In this document: positions 17,340-28,073 of the stretch, in pieces
Position numbering within the stretch: position 1 is the stretch's first letter
Layout of the letters: every line of letters starts with the position of its first letter
DNA from: Butyrivibrio sp.
GTDB lineage: Bacteria > Bacillota > Clostridia > Lachnospirales > Lachnospiraceae
Assembly (NCBI GenBank): GCA_015056565.1
Contig: SVGB01000004.1
Span: forward strand, 34,875-98,874
Direction: 5' to 3'
DNA: 64,000 nucleotides
The notes under the pieces: generated by a model
The model's database searches: none
Seen by the model: the letters and a program-made list of their open reading frames with translations, nothing else
Told to the model about the DNA's origin: nothing
Made by a program: the position numbers and the translations under genes

Positions 17340-18559
17340 GCCTGGGGGCTTTCTTCCTCTGGAGCTGCACTCTCTTCTGGAGCTGTGCTTTCTTCAGAGA
17401 TTGCTTTTTCCTCTACACCTTCGCTTTCCTCTGGGAGGTCCTTTTTCTCTGTAAGATCCTCAAGGAGGATTGTCATCATATCTTCACTTGTAGGATTTTC
17501 AAGGGCTGCTACCCTCCTTGCCTGGTTAGTGATGATCTCTTCAAAGAGGTTTCTCACTTCTCTGGCGTTGGCGAAATTGTCGATGTTAGCGATCTTCCTT
17601 GCAGTGATCAGTGCTCTGATCTGATGCTGAACATCCTCTTCAACCTTGTAGTCATATTTCTTGCAATTCCTGTTAAAGATCTCTTCAAGCTCATCAATAT
17701 TGTAATCAGGGAACTCAATGTACTTGTTGAAACGTGACTTAAGTCCTGGGTTACTCTCAATGAACTTCTTCATTGGATCAGTATACCCTGCAACGATGAC
17801 AACAAAATCATCTCTGTTATCTTCCATTGCCTTAAGGATGGTATCTATTGCTTCCTGGCCAAAGGCGTCATCCTTCTGAGCCAGGGAATAAGCCTCGTCA
17901 ATAAAGAGCACTCCGCCCTTAGCCTTGGCGATCTGTTCCTGTGTCTTAATGGCTGTCTGTCCTACATATCCTGCAACAAGTCCAGATCTGTCTACTTCCA
18001 CAAGCTGTCCCTTGGACAAAACGCCAATCTGCTTGTAGATCTGTGCAATGATCCTTGCCACAGTTGTCTTACCTGTTCCAGGATTACCAGTAAATACCAG
18101 GTGCAGAGAAACCGGAACAGACTTAAGTCCCTGCTCCTGCCTTGCCTTCTGGACTTTAACAAAAGCTGTAAGCTCCTTAACATCTGCCTTTATGGTTGAC
18201 AGACCGACCAGCTTATCAAGAGTCTCCATAGGATCCTCCAAGGGCTCCTTGACCTCTTCTTCCTTAGGTGTATTTACATTGCCATCTTTTGCAAAAAGAG
18301 CTTTCGCTTCCTCAAGTGCCTCGTTGGCATCCTGAACAGCATCCTTCTTCTCTTCTGGCTTTTCCTCTGGTTTTTCCTGAGGCTTATTCTCAACCTTGGC
18401 CTCTTCTTTACCTGCTGAGGTACTGCCCGACAAAGTGCCTGTACCAGAAGAAGTGCTTCCTGCTGAAAAGAAATCCCCGTAGATTCCACCAAGAAGATTC
18501 TTTTGCATGTTAGTTATCTTTTCAAGTGTTTCAAGTTCCTTGTCAAAATCTCTTCCCAT
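17336..18559 (-). CDS. AAA+ ATPase, SpoVK/CbbX family
   Basis: HLVFTGNPGTGKTT, LFIDEAY, VIVAGY, NPGLKSRF, NAREVRN. Confidence 0.88.
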   Translation of the reverse strand: MGRDFDKELETLEKITNMQKNLLGGIYGDFFSAGSTSSGTGTLSGSTSAGKEEAKVENKPQEKPEEKPEEKKDAVQDANEALEEAKALFAKDGNVNTPKEEEVKEPLEDPMETLDKLVGLSTIKADVKELTAFVKVQKARQEQGLKSVPVSLHLVFTGNPGTGKTTVARIIAQIYKQIGVLSKGQLVEVDRSGLVAGYVGQTAIKTQEQIAKAKGGVLFIDEAYSLAQKDDAFGQEAIDTILKAMEDNRDDFVVIVAGYTDPMKKFIESNPGLKSRFNKYIEFPDYNIDELEEIFNRNCKKYDYKVEEDVQHQIRALITARKIANIDNFANAREVRNLFEEIITNQARRVAALENPTSEDMMTILLEDLTEKKDLPEESEGVEEKAISEESTAPEESAAPEEESPQA

Positions 18560-18676
18560 AACAACTCCAAAAACCAATATTTGTCTTAGCGACTATACCA
18601 TTGTAAATCAAAGTCCACTAAATAAAAAGAAAAAAATAACGGTACGCCCTGTGTGGCGTACCGCTATCAGTAACTA

Positions 18677-20329
18677 TCAGTCGTTTAAGAACCATCCATT
18701 TCTTGAAAGGAATGTTCTGTTTAATACAAGAGCATCTACATTCTGTCCAATTATTTCGGAAGCCTTAGCCTTGTAAGTAGCAGCGTTTGCTGTACCAAGG
18801 TTCTTGTAGAAGTCATATGCCATCTTGTTGCTGCCATCAAGATTCTTAAGTCCCTGTGCGATATGGCTCTCCATCTCGTGAGCATCATCAATCTCTCTAA
18901 AGAGGATGAAGCTTGAAATATAAGGATTATTCTCGGCCATTGTGTATGCATAGGTGATTGATGCTGCCTGAGCATCCTCGCCAAAGCTTGATGTGTAGCC
19001 AATCTCTGAAAGAGAGATATCTCTTACGGCTCCGCTTGGAGCAAGGAATGAAGGCTGGCACATGTAATCTGTAAGGATGTAGATATTCTCCATAGTGATA
19101 TATGGAGTTGTGATGCTGGTATTTACATACTGTGCCTGCTGTTTCCAAGCATATGGATCAAAGAGTGGTGCATTGTAAGGGTGAACTGAAAGTGACCAGT
19201 CAATGTTACCCTCTCTGTTTATGTAATAGTTGAATCTGTCAAGGTACTCTTTTGAAAGGAAGCATCCTGGATTAGACTTTCTGTTCCACTCCTGATCAAA
19301 GGAAGTGTAAACCCTTGCGTTGGCATTAACTGCCTTGATCTCGTTGTAGAAAATACGGAAAGCCTTAACATACTCGCTAACATTGAGCTCAATATTGGTT
19401 GAGTTAAGGTAATACCACTCAGTTCTTGCATTAACCTCATTACCGATGACCCAGTTATCAACTGTTCCATAAGCTCCGCCTGAGTATCTCTGAGCAAGGA
19501 AAGCTGCAATAGCCTTAAGGTGCTGAGTACCCTCATCCTCATCAGTATTCATTGCATATCCCGGGCAAACATGGTCATCTCTTGAAAGAGGATGAATAAG
19601 GTCTGCACCTGCTTCAGTCTTGTTGTTGAGGATAGTCATTGTGAGCTGGAAGTTGTTGATAGCACACCAGCGAACAAATCCATCATACTGATCAAGAGCT
19701 GCACCGTTGAACTGATAAGGAATTCCGTTATAAGTAAAATCAATTGTCCTGCCATCCGGGCTTGGTCCTACAATATCGCCCATGTACAGGTTGTAAACTA
19801 TCTGAGCAACTCCCAGATCCTTAAATGTTTCAGGGTTGACTGATCCAGGAAGAATTCCCTTCATTCCGTGGTCATTTCTGGTAACTGTCTTGCCTGCCTT
19901 GGCCTCTGGGTTTGTGATGTAGTGCTCATCACTTACCTGTACCATTGATCCGCCGCTCTTAACTGCCACAAGGAACTTCTTGCTAAGGTTTGATCCCTCT
20001 GAATAGAAGTTGAGTGGGAAAGTAAATGTGGCGTTTGCTCCCTTTTCTGTGGTAGCTACAACTGTTCCTACACATCCATCCTGGTATACTTCATCAGCGT
20101 AAAGGTAATACTTACCGTCATCTGACCCTGGAACATTCTTAGTTGATACATTTACAACTACATTGTCACCTGAGATCACGCAGGAGTTGATGCTTACAAC
20201 TCTACCTGCCGCCTCAGCAACAACTCCCCTGTTATCTGTTACAAGTCCTGTTACTTTACTGGAAAGAGCCACTGTTGCAAGAACTGTGACTACTGCCAGT
20301 ATCTTTCTTACTGCGTACTTTTTTTTCAC
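18677..20329 (-). CDS. Secreted glycoside-hydrolase-like TIM-barrel protein (DUF5722-like)
   Basis: Signal peptide, WVIGNEVN, HPY, LSEIG (clan GH-A-like acid/base and nucleophile); GTG start with GGAGG. Confidence 0.65.
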   Translation of the reverse strand: MKKKYAVRKILAVVTVLATVALSSKVTGLVTDNRGVVAEAAGRVVSINSCVISGDNVVVNVSTKNVPGSDDGKYYLYADEVYQDGCVGTVVATTEKGANATFTFPLNFYSEGSNLSKKFLVAVKSGGSMVQVSDEHYITNPEAKAGKTVTRNDHGMKGILPGSVNPETFKDLGVAQIVYNLYMGDIVGPSPDGRTIDFTYNGIPYQFNGAALDQYDGFVRWCAINNFQLTMTILNNKTEAGADLIHPLSRDDHVCPGYAMNTDEDEGTQHLKAIAAFLAQRYSGGAYGTVDNWVIGNEVNARTEWYYLNSTNIELNVSEYVKAFRIFYNEIKAVNANARVYTSFDQEWNRKSNPGCFLSKEYLDRFNYYINREGNIDWSLSVHPYNAPLFDPYAWKQQAQYVNTSITTPYITMENIYILTDYMCQPSFLAPSGAVRDISLSEIGYTSSFGEDAQAASITYAYTMAENNPYISSFILFREIDDAHEMESHIAQGLKNLDGSNKMAYDFYKNLGTANAATYKAKASEIIGQNVDALVLNRTFLSRNGWFLND

Positions 20330-20353
20330 AACAAAAACCTCCACTTGGTCCAC

Positions 20354-21550
20354 TTATGCCTTGCTGATGGCATCAGTGAAACTATCCAGTGCCTCTAAAT
20401 CTTTTGTTCCAAGGGCACTCTTAATAGTTAATACATTCTCAAGAATATTCACGTTCTTAAGATTTGTCAATTTGTCTGACATCATCTTAGCTGTTACAGG
20501 CGCCCAGGTTCCGTTCTGCGCCAGGGCAAAAGTCCTGTTTTGAACGCCCAGTGCGATCATGTCATTAATAAATCCTTCCATTGGTGGGTAAATTCCACCA
20601 TTATAGGTTGGGCACATAAGGACAATCTTCTTTATCCTCCACACTTCACCTATGAGATAGGATACGTCAGTTCCGGATACATCATAAACCTTAACGTCCA
20701 AAGCGCCCTTATCCCGCAGGGATGAAGCCACTTTTTCTGCAGCGCTGGCTGTATGTCCGTACAAACTGCCATACACTACTATAACACTATCTGACTCAGA
20801 TTCATAGGTACTCCATTTCTGATATTTTTCTAAAAATACGTTCAGGTCTTTCCTCCATACCGGTCCATGAAGAGGAAGGATCATCTGGATATCAAGGCCT
20901 GCTGCCTTCTTCAGGACTGCCTGAACCTGTACGCCATATTTTCCAACAATGTTTGCATAATATCTTCTTGAACTCTTTAAGAAATCTTTTTCAAAATCGT
21001 ACTCATCAGCAAAGATCCCGCCATCAAGGGCTCCAAAGGTTCCAAAGGCATCAGCAGACAAAAGAGCCTTAGTAGCAGCATCATATGCAAATAATACCTC
21101 TGGCCAGTGAACCATAGGCGCAGAAACAAAGTTGAAAGTGTGGGCTCCTGTTGAGAGGCTGTCCCCTTCCTTTACTTCAAGCTTGTTGTAGTCCTTAGAC
21201 TCCGGGAAGAACTGCTCCATGAACACGAAGGTCTGCTTCCCGCCAACCACAGTTACCTCTGGGAAAAGAGCTGTCACCTTGTCGATAAGTGAGCAGTGGT
21301 CAGGCTCCATGTGCAGAACCACAAGATAATCAAGTTTTTTCCCGTTAAGGGCTGTTTTTAAGTTTTCTATGTACTGATCTGCCACTGTGATATCTGCAGT
21401 GTCAAATACAGCAGTCTTTTCATCATCTATAAAATAGCTGTTGTAGGATACACCCTCCGGTATAGGGAAGATGTTCTCAAACCTCTGGAGACGTCTGTCG
21501 CTTCCGCCAATCCAGTAAATTCCATCAGTAATCTTTTTTACATTGTTCAA
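20354..21550 (-). CDS. fprA: Flavodiiron protein, FprA family
   Basis: GVSYNSY, HMEPDH, MVHWPE, DAFG, C-terminal flavodoxin domain. Confidence 0.88.
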   Translation of the reverse strand: MNNVKKITDGIYWIGGSDRRLQRFENIFPIPEGVSYNSYFIDDEKTAVFDTADITVADQYIENLKTALNGKKLDYLVVLHMEPDHCSLIDKVTALFPEVTVVGGKQTFVFMEQFFPESKDYNKLEVKEGDSLSTGAHTFNFVSAPMVHWPEVLFAYDAATKALLSADAFGTFGALDGGIFADEYDFEKDFLKSSRRYYANIVGKYGVQVQAVLKKAAGLDIQMILPLHGPVWRKDLNVFLEKYQKWSTYESESDSVIVVYGSLYGHTASAAEKVASSLRDKGALDVKVYDVSGTDVSYLIGEVWRIKKIVLMCPTYNGGIYPPMEGFINDMIALGVQNRTFALAQNGTWAPVTAKMMSDKLTNLKNVNILENVLTIKSALGTKDLEALDSFTDAISKA

Positions 21551-21570
21551 GTCTTTTTCCTCCTGGTTTG

Positions 21571-24500
21571 TTATTTAAACTCTAAAATTGTCTTTTCAAC
21601 AATCTTAATATCAATAGGTTTAGATACGTGAGCGTTCATACCTGCATCAAAGGCAAGCTGTACGTCGTCTGCATAGGCATTTGCGGTCATGGCGATGATA
21701 GGTATCCTCTGTGACCAGTCAGTGCCCAGGGCCCTTATGGCAGATGCTGCCTCGTATCCGTTCATTACAGGCATCTGGATGTCCATAAGGATCATATCAT
21801 AATCACCCTCATTGGCAGCCTTAAACATCTCTACAACTTCCTGTCCGTTAACTGCCCTGGTTACTGATGCACCTTGCATAGCCATAAGCTCTGTCAGTAT
21901 GTCTGCGTTGATATCGTTATCTTCTGCAGCAAGGAACTTCATACCATCAAGAGGATTCTTTTCCTCCTTTGCCTGGCTCACACTTACCCTGCTGGTGATG
22001 TCCTCGATCAGCTGTTTGAAAGTAGATACAAAGAACGGCTTTTGCATCAGGTCGTTGGCACCTGCTGCCCTGATCTCATCCTCAACAGCGGCGAAATCAT
22101 CAACCATCGCAATAATAAGAACGTTGTTCCTCTTGTCCTTTGCCCTGATGCTCTTTATGATCTCAGCGGCATTCATACTGCCAACAGTCTCATCTACCAT
22201 GATAACATCAAATGGCTGATTTTCCGCCATACAGGTGTCAATAAGGTGGAGAGCACCAAATCCTGTGGGGGACTCCATAACCTCCACGCTGTCGTTTTCA
22301 AGGTTGTTAGCTATCTTGTCGCATTCATAGTGGTTGGCATCTACAAAAAGAACTCTCTTAATACCGTGGGTTATCCAGAAATCTCCGTAGCTGCTGTCTG
22401 CAACCTTAAGGCGAAGGTTGACTATAAACTCACTTCCCTTGCCCTCTTCGCTCTCTACACGGATCGTTCCGCCCATTAGTTCCACAAGGCTCTTGGTGAT
22501 CGCCATACCAAGGCCTGTTCCTTGAATACCCTTGGTCTCACCCTTCTCTTCCCTGGTGAAGGCATCAAATATCTTGTCCTTGTACTCAGGCTTCATTCCG
22601 ATTCCGTTGTCTTTTATCGAGAAGCGCAGGTTCGAGAATCCTTCAGAAGCCGTGGCACTTTCGTTTATTGTAAATTCTATCCTGCCGCCTTCAGGAGTGT
22701 ACTTTATTGCATTTCCAAGGATATTCATCAGGATCTCATTGATCCTCTGCTTGTCTCCCATGAACATGTCATGTTCCATATTATCAAGACGCACAATGTA
22801 TTCCTGGTTTTTTGCCTTTGCCTGGAAGGTGATGACTGAATTTATCTCTTCAAGTAAAAGCCCCATTGCCATCTCGCTGATATCAAGGGTGGTCTTTCCA
22901 CTTTCGATCTTACTCATATCAAGAACATCATTTAAAAGAGCAAGCAGGTTCTGGGATGCCAGTGATATCTTGTGGCTGTACTCCCTGACTTTATCAGCCT
23001 CCTGGGCATGTTTGTCAATGAGCAGATTAAAGCCTGTAATGGCGTTCATAGGTGTCCTGAAATCATGGGACATGTTGGCCAGGAAGCTGGTCTTGGCCTT
23101 ATTTGCTGTCTCTGCGGAATTAAGTGCCTCTTGCAGAGTATGATTCCTTCTGATCTCAAATGTTCTGTCGTAGAGAGCGATAGCAAGTCTCTTTCCTCCA
23201 TCATCAATGGTGCTTATGATTACTCCACGATAGTAAAGGTGTTCGTTGGTCTTTACGTTCTTAAGCCGCAGTTCCTCGAAGACCTGCACATCCTTTGCAT
23301 TAAAAGAAGAAGTGATGATCTCTCCAAGTCTTCTTTCTTCAGCGCTTCTCTGGGCCTTTTCAAGGCATCTTATATCGGCCTTTAGTTCATCTATAGGAAT
23401 TCCAAGTATTTTTTCTGCATTGGCAGTTATAAAACTTGGAGCAAATGAACCTTCGTTGATAACTGCAAGGATATCGTTATTTCTTTCAACCACAAAGTCA
23501 AAGAGCCACTCTCTGTAGTGAATATCGTTTTCCTTAAGTGCCAGCTGCTCTTTGTTCATCCTGTCGATCTCAAGCACCATGTTGTTGAGGGTATCAGCCA
23601 TTTCCTTCATAGATGCTGACAGCTGGCTGATCTCATCACTGCCTGTGTCGTTATTCTCAACTCCAAAATATCCATTCTTGATCTCGTTAGCCATGTTGTT
23701 GATGGCAACAATCCTTGAACTAAAATTCTCAGACACTTTGGTTCCAAGAAAAATGGTTATCATGAACAGCACAAGCGCTATAACAACGACAGAGAACAGG
23801 ATCCTGAACACGTCAGATGTGATCTCGTTTCTGTCTATGTAGTAATACAAGATCCAGTCACTGGCGATACTGGATGAAGGAACCAGGAAGTATCCGCTCT
23901 GGGCCTCAAATCCTTCAACACTACCAGCCTTGATGTGCTCTATTATTTCCTGATCAAGGGCTTTATCTGAAATCAACCGGTGGCTTACCACATTATTGTT
24001 CCGATCCAGGATCACAACGCCGTTATCTAAGTAGCTACCCTGATTAACCAGGGAGAAAAAGTGTTCATTCCTGACTTTAAGAACGATCATTCCGATCCTC
24101 TTTGATGAAGTTCCGGAATCCAGAAGTGCCTTGATAAGGTAGACGCCGCCTTCTCCATCAACCATCCAGGTTGTTCCATACTCGTTGTTTGTAAACTCAT
24201 ACCACTCTTTCTCAAGCTCTGTCTCAGGTTGTTTCAGAAAATCCCCCACATGGTTTTCCAGTATGAGATCCGAGCAGATGACAATGGACTCAATATTATT
24301 GTCGCTGCTTAAGTAGTACCAGATAAGGGGCTCAATCTCTTCGTTAAGCTCATCTGTCAGAGCATATGGGTCCATGTGGTTTCTTTCAAGAGCCCTTCTG
24401 AAATCGTCTTCATAGGAAAAGAACTTTACTACATCATTTTCTCTTTTGGCATTATTCTCAATACCATAGGCTATGACATCAGCATTGCCTTTCATGGTTA

Positions 24501-24648
24501 TGCTGGTCTGCTCAATAAGGTTGTTCTTCGCCACAATATATGCATAGATACCCAGTATAACAATAGGAATGATGATAAGTATGGCAAACATTGCGATAAG
24601 ACTACTTCTTATGCTTCCCCGCTTTTTTCTTTTATCTGTGTTATCCAT
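21571..24648 (-). CDS. Hybrid sensor histidine kinase (extracellular sensor-HAMP-PAS-like-HisKA-HATPase-REC-REC)
   Basis: MSHDFRTPMN H-box, NAIKYT, DNGIG, GTGLG, LMDIQMP receiver. Confidence 0.92.
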   Translation of the reverse strand: MDNTDKRKKRGSIRSSLIAMFAILIIIPIVILGIYAYIVAKNNLIEQTSITMKGNADVIAYGIENNAKRENDVVKFFSYEDDFRRALERNHMDPYALTDELNEEIEPLIWYYLSSDNNIESIVICSDLILENHVGDFLKQPETELEKEWYEFTNNEYGTTWMVDGEGGVYLIKALLDSGTSSKRIGMIVLKVRNEHFFSLVNQGSYLDNGVVILDRNNNVVSHRLISDKALDQEIIEHIKAGSVEGFEAQSGYFLVPSSSIASDWILYYYIDRNEITSDVFRILFSVVVIALVLFMITIFLGTKVSENFSSRIVAINNMANEIKNGYFGVENNDTGSDEISQLSASMKEMADTLNNMVLEIDRMNKEQLALKENDIHYREWLFDFVVERNNDILAVINEGSFAPSFITANAEKILGIPIDELKADIRCLEKAQRSAEERRLGEIITSSFNAKDVQVFEELRLKNVKTNEHLYYRGVIISTIDDGGKRLAIALYDRTFEIRRNHTLQEALNSAETANKAKTSFLANMSHDFRTPMNAITGFNLLIDKHAQEADKVREYSHKISLASQNLLALLNDVLDMSKIESGKTTLDISEMAMGLLLEEINSVITFQAKAKNQEYIVRLDNMEHDMFMGDKQRINEILMNILGNAIKYTPEGGRIEFTINESATASEGFSNLRFSIKDNGIGMKPEYKDKIFDAFTREEKGETKGIQGTGLGMAITKSLVELMGGTIRVESEEGKGSEFIVNLRLKVADSSYGDFWITHGIKRVLFVDANHYECDKIANNLENDSVEVMESPTGFGALHLIDTCMAENQPFDVIMVDETVGSMNAAEIIKSIRAKDKRNNVLIIAMVDDFAAVEDEIRAAGANDLMQKPFFVSTFKQLIEDITSRVSVSQAKEEKNPLDGMKFLAAEDNDINADILTELMAMQGASVTRAVNGQEVVEMFKAANEGDYDMILMDIQMPVMNGYEAASAIRALGTDWSQRIPIIAMTANAYADDVQLAFDAGMNAHVSKPIDIKIVEKTILEFK

Positions 24649-24657
24649 CTGACACCT

Positions 24658-25986
24658 CTAGTTATCTTTTCTTAGTATCTCGGCTACTTTTTTATCGACA
24701 TTTGAAAGAGCTTTGGCTGTGGACTGTTTTCCCCTCACCACCTGCTGTAATTCTTTTCCAAGCTGGTAACGTATCGGGCGGTTTAGCTCAGTTCCCCAGT
24801 CATTCCAGGGTAAGAATACAAGCCCCTGGGCAATGCACTCTGTAATTCCATCGTATACTTCACTGTTTTTAAACTCTGTACCTATGAGATAGGTCTGGCT
24901 TCCTGGCCTGTCCTTCCAAAGAGCCTCCTGACCTTCTTTTGTAGCAAGGCAGGCAAGCACTTTCCTTGCTTCGTCTTTCTTTCTTGTATTGGCATTTAGT
25001 GCAAGACCCACATCGCATCCCCCTAAAACAGACTTCATCTTTCCAGTTCTGCTGTAGAAGGGAAGTGTCCCCATGTTGATATCTGGATTTAAGCGGATTA
25101 TGGCATTATAGGTCTCCGGACCGCCTACTGTCATTGCAGCTTCGCCATATGCAAATTTCTCAATTGTTGTCCTGTTGTCAGTGGTGTACATGTCTTTTGT
25201 GAGGATCTTGTGCTGGATCAGATCCTGCCAGTCCTTAAAATAAGGTGCAAGTTCCTCTGAAAAAGTGCTCCTGCCGTACTGAAGCCTTCCACCGAATCCA
25301 CTTCCTCTGTCTGAGCCAAAATAATTTCCCGCCACAACAGCCAACGCCGTGTTGCTAAGTGTGAGAGGGTCTTTAAGACTCAGTGAAAGAGGTCTTATCT
25401 TTTTTTCAACTCTGAGTATGTCGCAGGTTTCCAAAAAAGACTGAAAAGAATAAGGCGCCTTAATGCCATTTTCCTCAAAAACATCTTTGTTATAGTAAAT
25501 ACATTCGAACTGAGATGTGTTTGGAACGGCATAGACCTTATCCCCATAGTCAAATGCTCTTTTTGAGGTGTCGGAAAAGTCCTTGCAAAGATCAGACACA
25601 TCCGCTATATACCTGGTGACAGCGTGCTTTTCCACCATCTCCTGGTCCATATATATTATGTCCGGAGCACCGTTATAGGATAACTGTGCATCCATGATAG
25701 ACTCATAGTTGCTCTTGTCGATATATACAAATTCAAATGAATAATCTGGAAATTGATCGGTCAGATATGCCTTGAGATTACTAAGATCATACTCGCGGTA
25801 CCAGGAAGCGATCCTTATCAGGGTCGTTCCATTTGAAAGAATATTATCCATGTCTTTCATATCTGTATCAGATGACACCGCAAACACAAGGCCCGCCTGA
25901 GAAAAATTCTCACAAAGCGCACCTGTTATAAGCGATAATAAGAAAACTACGGAAATAAAGATATTTCGAAGTCTTTTGCTCTTCAT
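24658..25986 (-). CDS. Sugar-type extracellular solute-binding protein (SBP family 1)
   Basis: APDI, VYAVP, IYYNKDVFEENGI, GEAAM; no adjacent permease. Confidence 0.8.
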   Translation of the reverse strand: MKSKRLRNIFISVVFLLSLITGALCENFSQAGLVFAVSSDTDMKDMDNILSNGTTLIRIASWYREYDLSNLKAYLTDQFPDYSFEFVYIDKSNYESIMDAQLSYNGAPDIIYMDQEMVEKHAVTRYIADVSDLCKDFSDTSKRAFDYGDKVYAVPNTSQFECIYYNKDVFEENGIKAPYSFQSFLETCDILRVEKKIRPLSLSLKDPLTLSNTALAVVAGNYFGSDRGSGFGGRLQYGRSTFSEELAPYFKDWQDLIQHKILTKDMYTTDNRTTIEKFAYGEAAMTVGGPETYNAIIRLNPDINMGTLPFYSRTGKMKSVLGGCDVGLALNANTRKKDEARKVLACLATKEGQEALWKDRPGSQTYLIGTEFKNSEVYDGITECIAQGLVFLPWNDWGTELNRPIRYQLGKELQQVVRGKQSTAKALSNVDKKVAEILRKDN

Positions 25987-26017
25987 ATGTCCCTCATAAG
26001 AATAGCTGCCAAGATGC

Positions 26018-26524
26018 TTATCTTATCAATATCTTCTTTATTTCCCCAACATAAACCATATGGTAATCGCCGTTTTTATAAAACTCGTCGATTATCCCCT
26101 TATCTACAATGCCATCCTCTGCAAACTCTTTGTAATAAAGGAGTTTGCAGGTAATTACATTGTCTGCCTCGTCGATAAATGGAATACCATCGTCGTAATT
26201 CACATTGAGCCTTGCTCCGGCAATCTTGTTCTCATCACGGCCAGAAACAGCATCAATGTACTTGATGGCGCCCCTGAATTCATCATGATTAAGAAAGCTA
26301 AGAGAAAATTCTCCATTTTCCTCTACAAGCTCTCTTGTAAATCTCTTTTCCCTAAGGAAAATATATACTACTCTCCTGTTCCACAGGTATCCAACTGCTC
26401 CAAAAGAAGCTGCTGCAGTGTTTACCTTATCACCACTGCCTGCAGTAACAAGCATTTTTAAGCCGGTGAACTTAAATGGTCCCTCATCGACGTCTGCTGG
26501 GTCTACTGGCTGAAAAACGTGCAT
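26018..26524 (-). CDS. Flavin reductase-like FMN-binding protein (flavoredoxin family)
   Basis: MLVTAG-VNT, RFTRELVE, SGRDENK, YHMVYVGEI. Confidence 0.8.
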   Translation of the reverse strand: MHVFQPVDPADVDEGPFKFTGLKMLVTAGSGDKVNTAAASFGAVGYLWNRRVVYIFLREKRFTRELVEENGEFSLSFLNHDEFRGAIKYIDAVSGRDENKIAGARLNVNYDDGIPFIDEADNVITCKLLYYKEFAEDGIVDKGIIDEFYKNGDYHMVYVGEIKKILIR

Positions 26525-26556
26525 AGATACCTCCTTTTAAGCGCGGAAACAAAAGA

Positions 26557-27060
26557 TCAGAAATCCCTGATGGTGTCCTCTTCTGTGAGTCCGGTATTTT
26601 CAATTTTTATTATCGTTACATCGTAACTAATCTGGTCGTTCACTTTAATAGTAACACGGTCTCCTACCCTGTGTCCAAGTAATTGTTTACCAAGGGGAGA
26701 TTCAATACTGATGAGGCCTTTTAAAGAATTCTTCCTCATTGTTGTCACAATTTTGTAGGTCTCAAGTGAGCCATCATCCTCCATTTTCAATGTGACAGTC
26801 TTGTTCATGCCAACTTCGTCATCCTTGGCGTCATCATCTATCACTCTCGCAGTCTTGATCATCCTCTCCAAGAATCTTATTCTGCTCTCATTCTGATTCT
26901 TGGCTTTTTTTGCTGCGTAGTATTCAAAGTTCTCAGACAGATCACCCTGGGCTCTTGCTTCCTTTACATGTTCAAGAAGCTCTTTTCTAACAACCACTTT
27001 TCGGTGCTCTATCTCTCTTTCCATGTCCTCGATATCTTTTTTGGTAAGTTCGTTGTTCAT
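26557..27060 (-). CDS. greA: Transcription elongation factor GreA
   Basis: ARAQGDLSENFEY, ISIESPLG; probable start ATG 27060 with RBS GGAG. Confidence 0.92.
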   Translation of the reverse strand: MNNELTKKDIEDMEREIEHRKVVVRKELLEHVKEARAQGDLSENFEYYAAKKAKNQNESRIRFLERMIKTARVIDDDAKDDEVGMNKTVTLKMEDDGSLETYKIVTTMRKNSLKGLISIESPLGKQLLGHRVGDRVTIKVNDQISYDVTIIKIENTGLTEEDTIRDF

Positions 27061-27136
27061 ATCCTGCTCCACAATCTCTAAATTAAAAAGGGTAAAGCCA
27101 TAGGCTCTACCCTTTGCATAAACTCTTTTGTAGCTA

Positions 27137-28000
27137 TCAAGCCTTTCCAACTGATCCGAAGAGTTCCATCTTCTCTTTAACTGTGCCCTTGATTGCCTCA
27201 GCACCAGGAGCGAGAAGTTTACGAGGATCAAAGCCCTTGCCCTCAAGGTCCTTGCCTGCCTCAACATACTTACGTGTTGCATCTGCGAATGAGAGCTGGC
27301 ACTCAGTATTAACGTTGATCTTGGATACACCAAGTGTGATCGCTTTCTTGATCATGTCAGCAGGAATTCCTGTGCCGCCGTGAAGAACAAGTGGCATAGC
27401 TCCTGTCTTCTGCTGGATAGCATCAAGTACGTCGAATCTAAGTCCTGGCCATCCCTCTGGATACTTACCATGAATGTTACCAATACCAGCTGCAAGCATA
27501 TCAACGCCGAGATCAGCGATTCTCTTGCACTCGTCAGGATCAGCACACTCGCCCATTCCTATAACGCCGTCTTCCTCACCGCCGATTGAACCAACCTCAG
27601 CCTCGATTGAAAGACCAAGCTGATGAGATACGTTAACAAGCTCAGATGTCTTAGCTACGTTCTCTTCGATATCGTAGTGAGATCCATCAAACATGATTGA
27701 TGTAAATCCAGCCTTGATGCACTTGTAGCATCCTTCGTATGTGCCGTGGTCAAGGTGAAGTGCTACTGGAACTGTAATTCCAAGGCTCTCGTCCATAGCC
27801 TTAACCATTGCTGCTACTGTGGTAAAACCAGTCATATACTTACCAGCGCCCTCAGAAACACCGAGAATTACAGGTGATTTGAGCTCCTCAGCTGTAAGAA
27901 GAACTGACTTAGTCCACTCAAGGTTGTTGATGTTGAACTGACCAACTGCATAGTGGCCTTCTTTTGCTTTTACAAGCATATCTTTTGCGGATACTAACAT
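27137..28000 (-). CDS. fba: Class II fructose-1,6-bisphosphate aldolase
   Basis: HLDHG, MFDGSH, EAEVG, GNIHG, LHGGTG, KINVNTE. Confidence 0.95.
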   Translation of the reverse strand: MLVSAKDMLVKAKEGHYAVGQFNINNLEWTKSVLLTAEELKSPVILGVSEGAGKYMTGFTTVAAMVKAMDESLGITVPVALHLDHGTYEGCYKCIKAGFTSIMFDGSHYDIEENVAKTSELVNVSHQLGLSIEAEVGSIGGEEDGVIGMGECADPDECKRIADLGVDMLAAGIGNIHGKYPEGWPGLRFDVLDAIQQKTGAMPLVLHGGTGIPADMIKKAITLGVSKINVNTECQLSFADATRKYVEAGKDLEGKGFDPRKLLAPGAEAIKGTVKEKMELFGSVGKA

Positions 28001-28073
28001 TTTGATTTCCCCTTTACTATAGTTTTTGATGGTTATAACAATTATATACTCGCTTTAATTTGGTGTAAAGGCA

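Noticed and set aside
20319-20326. A8 tract at the start of the DUF5722-like gene as a phase-variation switch
   Set aside because: Short, in frame, and encodes the usual Lys-rich signal peptide start
27061-27333. N-terminal extension of GreA in the ORF track
   Set aside because: Overlaps fba and its terminator; an RBS supports the start at 27060
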